Both the position numbers and the translations under genes were made by a program. The notes below the pieces were generated by a model that was not told the origin of the DNA, searched no databases, and was given only the letters and a program-made list of their open reading frames with translations. Shown here in pieces: positions 44,788-55,918 of a DNA stretch of 64,000 bases. This DNA is from Iphione sp. A-MEVVRFRX5 (lineage: Eukaryota): the NCBI GenBank assembly GCA_976226885.1, contig OZ320319.1:62496001-62560000 (forward strand), read 5' to 3'. Every line of letters starts with the position of its first letter. Position 1 is the stretch's first letter.

Positions 44788-46884
44788 TACTTAATACATT
44801 GCAAAATATTTACCCTGAAAAATCTTCACATGGCTTTATTTCCACCATAATAAGGTATTCTGCACAATCTACATGAATTCACATTTAAAATGATATATAA
44901 CTTGCCAGGGTCAACAACTCCACCAGATAGAAGTTGACTCCGAAAATTAGTGCAAAATGTGCTAAAATATTGCACCACCATTTAAATTTTTTATGGTTAG
45001 TTTCAAGCATGTGCAGTGCACAGTGGTCAATATAAAACATTGCGAGACTTATAAATTCAGACAGAATAACATATGACGAAAACAATGATATATAGTTGAG
45101 GGCATATAATGAAACTTTTTTTGTTGGCCATCTTGTCTGGTTTGTCATGGAATTCATGAGCTATCTTCAAGTTGTTGCCAATTATTTACCTTTTCATGCT
45201 TCATCTTGGAGCACTTCTATGTGCGCGAGCAATATATGTGTCATAGAGACAAGAGAAAGTAACACGTACCTGTGATGGCCAAAGAGTTACCTGGGTTCAC
45301 AGCCGTCCGCAGTCAACATGGTCGGCGGCCGTCACCCTACCGGCAGCCCCAAGATGGGGGCCGTCGTTTTTACGTAGGCTGATGGCATGCGCATTCGAAG
45401 TCACCTGCACGGAGAGAACCGCGCACACACGCACTAACCACTTCGTCATCTGATTCACAGCATCTTGTGTCTGAACTTCTAGTCGTGCTTTCAAGTTCCT
45501 CTACTGGGAAAAGCAACGGCCATGAACCAGAAAATAATGAGTGTTATTCCCACTCGGGGACAGCTATATTTTACTATCATATAGAATGATTGCATGGCTC
45601 CCTGAGTAGCAAAAGGTACGTGTATGCATCCTTTGAAACGAAATCAACCTCAACAAAATTATTGGACGCAGGAACCAAAAATTCAATTGTCTCATTGTGT
45701 GTAAAAGCGGGTTCCTTTAAAAAACTACAGAAACATTTTATTGGTGCAATAATGGCATACTTATGTTGTTTTTTTAAAAGATAGTTTCTGACATAGGAGC
45801 CTTATAACGCATCGTTCATTGTTCAAAAAGGTGTATACTTGTAGACCGTAATAAAGAACAGCTATTTTCAATAAATTTTAGATCATTTCAAACTAAGTGT
45901 AAAATTAAGAATTAGACAAACTCTCTGCTTGACTAAAAGCCGTCCTATATATTTGTGTGAAATGCGTAGAGACTCAGTGTCTGTTAATGGCTTAACAGGA
46001 AGGCCGCCTCTGGTTACAAGGTCGCTAGAGGCTGGGCAGCGAAGTAAGGCGGCTAACCTTTGCCCTAAGTCCATCAAAATATCGAGTGGAGTGGAAGCTT
46101 GGAGAAAAGAGCACTCAGAGACATCGACCAACAGAGAGGAAAGTTGAAGGATATCCACCCTCCCCGAATTATGAATAGATGTACGAAAAGGTATCCAGAC
46201 AAACAAGATTAATGGTATAATGCCTAAACAGGGAAGGGGGAACAGAGGCATATATAGGCGTGGTAATCTATGGTTAAATATCCATGAGCAAACATATGCG
46301 CACTTTTATATAACTAACCAGAATTATTTCAGATCCCCGATAACCAGAACGTTTTCAAAGTTAATCTATGCACAGAAGACAATAAGAGCGTCGCTTTGAC
46401 ACTAAAGGACCAAACAAATAATCAATCCTCTCTCCGACCGATGATGTTGACAAGATCATTTGCATAGTGCTTACCTTCTATCTTAATCGAAGTGTACTCT
46501 GAAATAAATGTCAGTTATCGCCTGTCAAGTTCCGCTAACAATTCTTAAAGCTTTTCACGTACAAGCTCAATGTGACAGTCACTGTTATGTACCGAGTGGA
46601 AAAGATACTAGATGAAGAAAATCAGATTCTGTCCCCAGCATAGCCCACTTCATTTGATGTCTTTGAACCATTTATCTTACAGACATTTTTGTAATGTATT
46701 GCGCTCTAACAAATTTCCCTGAAAAAGTTATGCTTAGGCCTTAAAAAAAGGTTCTGTATTTCAGAATTTCAGAAAAGTTTATTCACTGCTTGATGATCAA
46801 GATATTCCTGTGAACAAACAACATGTGTCGACTTACATTTTTTATGATTCTACACATATATAGTAAATAGATGTAACTCTTTGC

Positions 46885-49000
46885 ACATTAGTCTACTCCT
46901 AACAGTCCAATATCAGACATCTTTGATTAGTTGTAGCTTCCTTTTACCTAATGACATGTCCCATAATTCTTTACACACGATTTGTCTACTCCACCCAATT
47001 CATTATCAGACATTTCTGATTGCTTGTAGCCTCCCTTTAAATAATGACATGTCCCGTAGTTCTTTCAAAGAATTCGGTAAATTATTCCATAGTTTTATCC
47101 CTCTATAGTAGGATGATTTTTGAAATTTTGATGTTCTTGGCTTACCCATGGACAAATTAATTGACCTTCTTGATCTATGAGATCTGACTGGGCACAGTAG
47201 CTTCTGCAATATTAGCCTATGTGTTAGACAAATTAATTGTACATTGGCCATCTCTACTAATTCATCTAGTGAGGCATCCTTTTTCATTTTTTTTGTTGTC
47301 ATCCTGTTTCCAACTGTTCTCTTTAGACTGGTGTTAAATTCCCACTGAAGAGCCAATTTTGCTCCCTCAGAGGCAGACATCACGAAATTTAAGCCAAATA
47401 GGAAGGTTGGTAGTACAAATGTCTTAAACAACCTAATTCTGTCCAGATAAGGTAACAGACCAGTCACTTTCGATAAATAATATGATTTTAGCCTGGACTG
47501 TCATCTCATTTCTTGTACCAGCTTAATTTGTCATCAATACACAAGCCGAGTAGTTTGCATGTAGATGCCTTCCTTATTTGTTTACCATTCATTTGTAGAT
47601 CTAACTCCAGATCACTATTGGAGCCAAAAGTCATATATAGTGTTTTGGTCTCATTAACCTTCAAACCATTTTCCCTTGTCCATGTCTCAACATCGCGTAG
47701 CCCACGCTGTAGCTTCAGACGTAGAGCCATGGCATTGGAGGCAGTAGCAATAATAGTTGCGTCATCCGCATATAATACTACTTTGTTTATTAGTATAGAT
47801 TTAGGCATGTCATTGATCATGATGTTGAATAAAAGGGGGCCTAAAAGGCTGCCTTGAGGCACACCATATTTCACTGGCAGCTTGTCAGACTCTGTTCCAT
47901 TACAGCATACTTTCTGTTCTCTTCCTATCAAATAGCTTTGAAACCACTTTAAGCTGTTTTCTAATATACCCAGATTTTGAAGTTTTTGCAGTAACACATC
48001 ATGATTGACGACATCAAATGCCTTCGAGAGGTCAACCATGGCTAACCCACAGTGGCGTTTCTCATCAACTGATTGACAAACATCTTTAAGTAACATGAAT
48101 AGAGCTGTATCTGTACCACGACCTGGGAGAAAGCCATGTTGCTCCCTTGAAAACAGATTATTGTCCAGCAAGTATGCTCGTAGTTGATCATGTATTAGCT
48201 TCTCAAAAATCTTACCTGTCAGGTTCAAGATTGCAACTGGGCGATAGTTGTTTTTGTTTGATGCATCCCCTTTTTTCAAAATTGGCCTGATCTGCGCTAC
48301 CTTCCAGCAGTTTGGGAATAGTCCCTCCTTCAAACAATGATTACAGATGTTTCGCAGTACCTCCACCATGCGGAGAAAAAAAATCTTTTAAAATAAACAT
48401 CGGGATACCAGGCATACCTGTTGGTTTTGTATCCTTTTGAGCCACTATTACCTGTACCAGTTTCTCCACTGTGACGGGGGTCATTTCCCAACACCGACTC
48501 ACCGGTTCTGAAGTGATTCCAGGTGATGCAGATTCTGCTATGTCCCTTGCCTGCTTGAGAAAATTTACATTCAGTAAATTTGCTACATCCCCTCCTCCTA
48601 TTGTTACACCCCCCTCCTTCAGGTGAATTTCGTTATTCCTTCCTGTCTTCCCTAAGACTTCTCTGTTAATGACATCCCAATATGACTTCTGACTATTACA
48701 TGCCCTCAATGATGTTGCAATGTAATTCCTCTTTAATTTTTTTGCTAGATCATTTACTTTTACTTTATAGAATTTGGCTATATTCAGAGCATCTATGTCA
48801 GAGAATTTCCTGTATTGAGAGAAGAAATAGTCCCTATTTGCCATTAAGTCAAGTAATTCTCTCGTTACCCAGGGTTTTCTTGTCTTGGTTTTGCATTGTT
48901 TCAGAGGACATTGTCGATTTATTTCCTGTTTCCGGTAACATGGTGGCAAAAAGGGGGTTGGTCGGTGGGCAGCATTTCTTTCCTTTGTCCCTTTTTTCAA
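46885..49000 (-). mobile_element. 5'-truncated LINE (CR1/L2-group-like) ORF2, frameshifted
   Basis: WKVAQIRPILKKG, NYRPVAIL, QHGFLPG, DLSKAFD, GVPQGSLLGPLLF, YADD, KLLGL, YYRGIKLWNNLP; three ORF pieces 49000-48341, 48369-47506, 47467-47006. Confidence 0.92.
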
Positions 49001-49252
49001 TGTTAATGTCTCCTGACAACAACAAATGTGTATGGTACTATCACTTGTAGTGTTTAGATTTCAATGAAACACATATCATATGAAAGCTAATGGTCTAAAG
49101 TGCTATCGTCACGCACATGAATTGTCCACACGCAAATTGTGGCATGATACGTGCTTCGCGGACCTCCCCACAACTGGTGGTGGGTTCTATCCCCATGTAC
49201 ACAATATATACGCCACCTCGTGCTGGCTGAGAATGGAATAGAACAGAATAAA

Positions 49253-49835
49253 CAGGAATTCAATGAGATCTGCATGAAAACACATCATTTACACAAATTT
49301 GACAGGAATTCAGTGAGATTCGCACAAAAAAACACAAAAAAAACTCCTTGGTCAATATAAATCCTACAGGATAGGCAGATATAGACAAGATGGTTTTTAA
49401 TCAATGCAGATGTCAAACATCAAAAGTAGTCTTGAGATATATTCCCCAGTTTGTTATATTTGACAGAATATAAGACCTAAACACAGGACAAAGATGTGCC
49501 TGATGAGACAGCTGTCGAAATCATGTTATAGTGGAAACAAAAAAGGCCAGGGCAGGAACCACTGTTGCCATACCTAAAATCACCTTGGCAACAAGAATGC
49601 TCATAAGCAACGACAGGGATAGCTGGCAGGCCACAACTCGGTAGCAGTCCTGAAAGACCAGAACATAGCCGCGTTTCGAAATAAATAAACACATTGTTTA
49701 CACAAATTTGCCAGAAATTCAACGAGATCTGCACAAAAAAAATGCATCATTTACACAGATTTACAGGAATTTGGTGAGATCCGCACAAAAACACATTACA
49801 AATTTGACAGGAATTCAATGAGATTTGCACACACA
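49253..49835 (+). repeat. Dispersed about 48-bp minisatellite (GACAGGAATTCAATGAGAT...ACACAAATTT)
   Basis: Two units at 49253-49330 and three at about 49695-49835, separated by unrelated sequence. Confidence 0.6.
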
Positions 49836-50444
49836 GACACAGACATTCAGATTCAGATGTTTATTGATTCCTTCTCGTACATTGCGAGGACTTCCAGGAA
49901 CAAGAAAATTCAATGCTAGGTCTTTTCTCTTCAGGAAGACAATTTTAATCAGTCCACACACAGTGGCGGGGTCCGGGTGTTCCGCTCGTTCACCGATCGG
50001 CCCGCATGCAGCAGGTGGCATATCCAGGCAGTTCGCTTACAGTTACGTACTAGTTAAAGTCCGAGGATCAGCGATTACACGATATAATGTACGAGGTACC
50101 GAAGGTACCGAGTGCATTATAGAGTGTGAGCCGGTCCGAGGATTTTAACTGGTTTAAACCACCCCCAATCACAACTGAGCGATTTACCGACCCAGTCAAG
50201 AAGCATTGGCCCACCGAGGCGAGAGCCGAGGTGGCTCTCATGCCACGTTCAAGTGGCAATCAAGAGCTCTCACTAACACACATACACACATCTCAGTTTA
50301 GAAGGTTTTTGTGCGATTTGGGATAAGTTTAGAAGGTTTTTGTGTGATTTGGGATCAGTTTAGAGGGTTTTTGTGTTTTGCAATTTGAAAAAGAAAAGGG
50401 GGGGGTGGGGGGTCTCCCCCCACATTAAAGAAAGGAAAAAAGGA

Positions 50445-50645
50445 ATATTTCTGGAGGCAATGCTAAAAATGCATTTAATTCATGAAAAGGTGGCAAATAT
50501 TTCTGGAGGTAGCGCTAAAGATGCATTTAATTCATGAAAAGGTGGTAAATATTACTGGAGGTTCGGCTAAAGATGCGTTGAATTCATGAAAAGGTGGCAA
50601 ATATTTCCAGAGGTCACGCTAAAGATGCATTTAATTAATGAAAAT
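50445..50645 (+). repeat. 52-bp tandem repeat x4
   Basis: Units start at 50445, 50497, 50549 and 50601. Confidence 0.85.
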
Positions 50646-50827
50646 ATAAAAATGAAAAGGGGTGGGGGGGGTCTCCCCCACATTAACAAATTTATCAAAG
50701 TAAATTTCATTGATAAATGCAACATCTATAAACATACTTCATACAGCAAAGAGATTCGGACGGAATTCTTTGAGATCACCGTCACCCCAGCTGTCACCTA
50801 GTCTGTCACCATACATGTCACAGTGTG

Positions 50828-50905
50828 TCCTCTGTGGCGCAGTGGATAAGAGTGCTGGGTGTTACATAGACCATGTGAGAGAACCAGGTTCGAATCCCCC
50901 ACCAA
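50828..50905 (+). mobile_element. tRNA-derived SINE head or tRNA pseudogene
   Basis: A box TGGCGCAGTGG (50835-45) and B box GGTTCGAATCC (50887-97); no clean cloverleaf or anticodon arm. Confidence 0.7.
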
Positions 50906-51250
50906 GCCTTCACAGATTTCGTCAGGCCAATAACAACAGAGAACAACGTGAGAGACGGTACAAATACATGATATAATGTACTCGGGGGGATGGTAGGAAC
51001 ATAGAGACAGAGGGGTAGCAGGGGTGGTTTAAATGGGTATAATCTTTTTGGCCTCGTCCGGTCTTCCTGCTGTCGCACACAGAGTGGCGGATTCGGGAGG
51101 TTCGCATGCATGGGGATAGCGCTTAAGGAAGAAAATTGTGTTGAGTCTCTACCATTATTCATGTTAAAGTTATTAAAAACAAGAAAGAAATTAAAAATTT
51201 ACAATTGGCTCTAATGTAGAGTTGGTTGGATTACCGGAAACAGAATTTCT

Positions 51251-51560
51251 TTATTGGGCCTTAGCCACAAAGCTGAGTGTCAAGCGGTGACTAAGTGGAC
51301 CAAACATTTGAGCCTGTGTTGCATAATGGATTAAAAAGTGTGCTTTTGGCTTCGTGATTACAGTTAGATACTGTGTGTGGGCATATTCTAGGAAGTCCTG
51401 GATTGAGAATTCATAAATGGTACATCTCTTGGACGATATCTGTGTGTAGACACAATCGCCAGATGTCAAGCATTTGTCCCAGCAAAATCCAAGGTTCCGT
51501 GCCCAATGAAACTAAATGTCTGACACAAAGTGGAGCAACTAGATTATCATCAGCATCATT
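51251..51560 (-). pseudogene. EnSpm/CACTA-type transposase fragment
   Basis: KPKAHFLIHYATQAQMFGPL...SFVAK resembles the PK.H...HY...I..FGPL...RFE.K motif. Confidence 0.6.
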
Positions 51561-51803
51561 CAAAAATAAGAGAGACTAGAATATGGAACTTTATATTGTT
51601 TTTGCATTGACACAAGGAATATTTACAGCGAAAAAAGAGGTAATTTTTAATCATATCTAGTTTCATACAACTGTCAATTTGTATCGTTTGTATAAAGGAT
51701 AGTCAAAGTTGAGTGTTCAAGATAAGAAAGGCGTTCGCCCAATCTCCTTGGCGCAGGGCATTTGTCACCGCCTCCATTGTAGTAATGAACTTATCTGATA
51801 GAC

Positions 51804-52910
51804 TCATCTGCTCGCCAGGCAGAGCACCTCATAAGCATCTGGGTCATTCTCCACGAGCTCATTCCCGAAGGCGGCGGCGAAAAATTGTCCACCAACCACC
51901 TTTCCAACAAGCAGCTCCCCCTTGTACGCTCCCCTTCCGACGTAATAGGTGCTGCCATCTGGCCCACGGCCCGCGCGATAGGCCCCCAGATTTTCCGGGT
52001 CGCCCCCCACGTTCTTCCGCCAGAGTGCGTGAACACGCCTGTCACTTATGCATAAGATTTCGTACTCGTTGCTGTTGGTTGTGGTGTACTCCACCCCGTC
52101 AGAACTCCACAGCATTTTGCGCCCGTAGATCTTCCCGACGACGAGCTCGGCGCGAAACTCGGTTCGTCCGATGTAGACGACCTCGCCACCGGGCCGGGAG
52201 CGACCCACTGCCAGCGCGTCGTCTGGTGGCCCGGGGTCGTTGAAGACCCAGTCGCCACACTGTGAGCGGTCGTCGCCCAGCAGCCCCAGAAACGAATACA
52301 CGGCCGGCCACTCCACCTGCCCCACGCACGATGTTATGGAGAAATACTCACCTTGACGGAAGAAAACAGACAATTTACTGAGTCGCTCCACTGAAGTGTG
52401 TATATTATGTATATTTTAATAAAATGTTGCGAAGTAAAATACTACTTTACACGAAGCGATTTATATGATGCATCTTAATTACGAACACCTTATTTGGCTT
52501 AAAAGAAGAAACGCGTACAATATCCATAAAACTATACATTCAATAGGAGCATCCTATATTTCCCGGCTACGTTATACATGTATAAGATTAAGTCGAAGGA
52601 CGAGAATTGTACTAGTAAAATTGCCACATGAAAGATGAATCGGAAGAAAGTTTGGAAATGTAATGAAACCTGGGAAGTAACCTACGTCTATGTAATACAC
52701 AATGTAGTTCAAATATGATACAAATCTACACATATCTACATGCATATACACACGAATCCTGTTACCTGTTCTGAAGAAACCAAACACTTCTTTAGAAATT
52801 GCCAACAGAGCCAACATAGCCCCCTTGTAGCCCCGAGCCACGTTAGGGAAATTTTCACTCTGACTGATTACGTCATACGCTCCACAGAGCAATACCAACC
52901 GCAAAGTCAT
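51804..52910 (-). CDS. DM9-repeat (DUF3421) protein, about 230 aa, two tandem DM9 repeats
   Basis: Repeats W..PGPPDDALAVG...VYIGR...LVVGK...YEILC and W...G...YYVGR...LLVGK...YEVLC. Proposed exons 52910-52766 and 52351-51804 (phase 1); the first exon is less certain. Confidence 0.8.
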
Positions 52911-53212
52911 GATCTGTAAGGAACGAAAAAAATAATTCATTGGATAGCAATCTCCAAAAGTAAGACTTGTTCTAATAGACGTACATATACCTGTAAATTT
53001 CAGATGACTTTGTGGGAGCACAACGTTTGGGAATTCTAAAAGCCTGGACAAGCAAACAGGTTCTGGCTGGCAAGTTGTACTCTGTTGTTAATTCGGAAGA
53101 ACTCACACGGCCCCGCCCCAACTCTGTCTGCTGAACTGAAGAAACCCGCCGTTTTCGATGGTTGTATTTCGAATGTGGCTCTATTGGATAGTTTGATCAA
53201 ATGTATAGAGAT

Positions 53213-53331
53213 CAGGCCCGTAGACAGGAAGTCTTGTGGGGGGTATCTCAAATTAGAGAGGTGGAACTCTTAGCTACAGAGGTGGAACTTCTGCTTAGAG
53301 AGGTGGAACTCCAGGTTAGAGAGGTTTTCTC

Positions 53332-53399
<68 letters not shown>

Positions 53400-53511
53400 T
53401 CTCTCTCTCTTCCTCTCCCTCTCTTTCTCATGATACACCCTTGGCTATGGGCCTAGAGAGGTGGAACTTCTGCTTAGAGAGGTGGAACTCCTGGCTAGAG
53501 AGGTCTTCCTC

Positions 53512-53562
<51 letters not shown>

Positions 53563-53672
53563 ACCTCTTTCTCATGATATGACCTTGGCTATAGGCTTAG
53601 AGACGTGGAACTCCTGGGTTCTGTGAGGGGTATCAGACGATACCCCCCAAACCCCCTTTGGCTACGGGCCTG
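53213..53672. mobile_element. CAGG-terminal MITE with 5-bp TSD, second copy
   Basis: TIR CAGGCCCGTAGAC / GGCTACGGGCCTG; GAGAT flanks both sides; internal AGAGGTGGAACT repeats and (CT)n tracts. Confidence 0.8.
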
Positions 53673-55037
53673 GAGATCTTGTAAAATATACAGTGCTTGG
53701 CCTCTCACCAAGGCGTACATGTTGCATCTTCAGTCATGTCAAAACTAAGCGTGCTATGTTACTTAGGGATGCAACTGGACTAAGTTGGCAATCAAAAGAT
53801 ACTTAAAAAGTACGGAGACATAGAGCATACTGTGGCCAATGACATACAATTGAAACTCGCTAACCAGATTAAGATTCAAGATTCAAGATAGTTTATTAAT
53901 CAAATCATCGCGCACAGATGCACAAAGTTCTCCATGATTAATGTGAAAATGACGAACTAAACAACAGGAAATGTTACATTTAACGCTATACAATTGTACA
54001 GATTGTAGATAGTTCAGTTCACACAAAGTTGAATGACTCAATGACAATTCTGTCCAGTGGTTCCTTAGACGACCTCATCCAGGATAAACGCGAATATTTC
54101 ACGCTAAATAGTAGATGGTAGAGTGATACATTTAATCACAACTTCTTATCGATCCTGTCCTCCTTGTGAAATCACAGTTAATTGGAGTATGTACAATACA
54201 GACGATTAACACTGATAGGAAATAATCTGGTAGCACCACTGGTTGACAGTGCCTCCTCAGCAACACCATTACACATTTACGTTCCATCAACACTACCGAG
54301 AAACACTTCAAAGGGATAGCTGGTCGACAATACCTCTTCAATGGGAACATTCGCAGTTAATCAAATACTGTTGATCATTACTCTCTTCTTTGTGATAACA
54401 CGACATAGTATGGTACAATTACGACAGATGCCGGGTGACCGGTTTATTAAGATATCACTAGGTAAATTGTGCCTCTTCATAATTATTGACTGATGTATTG
54501 CACAGTACGACCCCTAGGTTTGCACATAGCAGAATAGCATACAGACTTGTGGCACTGTGTCTTGCAATCTACGAGAGTGATTTGCAGTTCTAGTGACCGA
54601 AAAAGAAATTACTGACAAGAGTTTGTTATAGAATGGTCGATTATCACAGACATTAAAAAGTGATAACATATGTTATCCCCCGGGCCTGCAACTACGTTGC
54701 TGGGCTCACGCAACTCACACACATATAAACCACCCCGTATCCGAACAGAAGACTGCAAGTGAGACTCTTAGTATACTCCCTCCTCATGGCCTGCATCACC
54801 CTTTGAACGTTTAATTGGACCAGTAAATGCGAATTCCTAGTCGCTAACTTCCTCAGCCTCACGCTGAAATAAATATCAGTCGACGGTGACAAACTTCCCA
54901 GCGCTAGCTTATAAAGACTTGCCCTGCACTTATTACCCTAACGTCAATCTACCCCCTAGTGTCCAACCCACCCTATTGTACTGTCTCTGACCCCCCTCTT
55001 TCTGCAGCCACCTATCTTTCACAGATGATCCATCTGG

Positions 55038-55361
55038 TCAGAGTGCATCATCATCCTCCTCAGGTGCTAGAGATGCCATGTACCGACGCACCCTATTGCG
55101 ACTCAAGCGAGAAGTTGTCTTCATTTCAGGAGGGAGACTATTCCACGTCTTCACCCCGTCATAGAGGAGGCCCTTCAAGAACCAGCTTGATTTAGGCTTA
55201 GCAAGCTTTCCGTTTAGGCCCGCACTTCGTCTCGTAGTGCCTCTACCCGACGCCGGCAAGCCCCCGATTCTCAGTTGGTTGTGTACCGTGATTAGGTCCG
55301 TCGCATCGATTTTTGTATATACCAGATAATCCAGATAATGAAATTCAGTTAAACGATACAA
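55038..55361 (-). pseudogene. LINE ORF2 3' fragment
   Basis: TRRS...PK...LLYDGVKTWNSLPPEMK matches the C-terminal WNxLP motif of CR1/L2-group ORF2. Confidence 0.65.
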
Positions 55362-55918
55362 TTAATAAGTAAAATACATCTATTCTTCAAGTCCAGTCTG
55401 TTTACTGCAGTTATCTGGTTATTGAGTCTCCGTTGATGAGGTTCAAGTGTATGGTGTACATTTTGATCAGATGATAACCACCTGTTTGACTAAGAGCCAG
55501 TACATGATCCATCTGATCAACTTTAGTTTCCATTCACCAATGAAACAACAAAGCTGCTGGGTTGCCTCACGAACAAACAACCTGTTAAGGTGAAAACTAA
55601 GAAAATGCCATGACAGGGATTCTACCATCAGTAAACAGGCCACTAAAATCACCATGGTCGCAAACAGGACAAAGGACTGGACTTAACACCTCTTGATTAC
55701 TACTGGGAGCTCAACCCTATCCAGTCAACCAATGGCCAGAGGCACTGCTAGATGAAAGTCGGCCAATGCTTATAAGCAATCCTGCGTGAAAGATACAGGC
55801 AGATACTATGCTATGTTTTTTGCATTAGTATTTAATATAGAAATAATACATGAAGTTTGACCCAAATTTGATATTATGTACATAAATATTTGTTCTTTAA
55901 CTTAAAATATTAAAAAGT

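Larger units (their letters stand above)
49958..51128 (+). mobile_element. Relative of the 27416-28619 element, carrying secondary insertions
   Basis: GTGGCGGGGTCCGGGTGTTCCGCTCG (49963) matches about 28097; GGGAGGTTCGCATGCATGGGGATAGCGCTTAAGG (about 51096-51128) matches 28589-28622. Confidence 0.5.

Noticed and set aside
45883-46251. 122-aa minus-strand ORF
   Set aside because: TTG-type start, no motif and no supporting splice structure.
49500-49520. Hammerhead-like core CTGATGA-GACAGCTGTC-GAAA
   Set aside because: Stem II is plausible, but no stem I or stem III partner with an NUH site could be found on either side; the same bases read as a decayed death-domain-like peptide (DETAVEIML*WKQKK). 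An Infernal search with hammerhead models would settle it.
50828-50905. Functional tRNA gene
   Set aside because: A and B boxes are present but the acceptor stem and anticodon arm do not pair well; treated as a SINE head or pseudogene.
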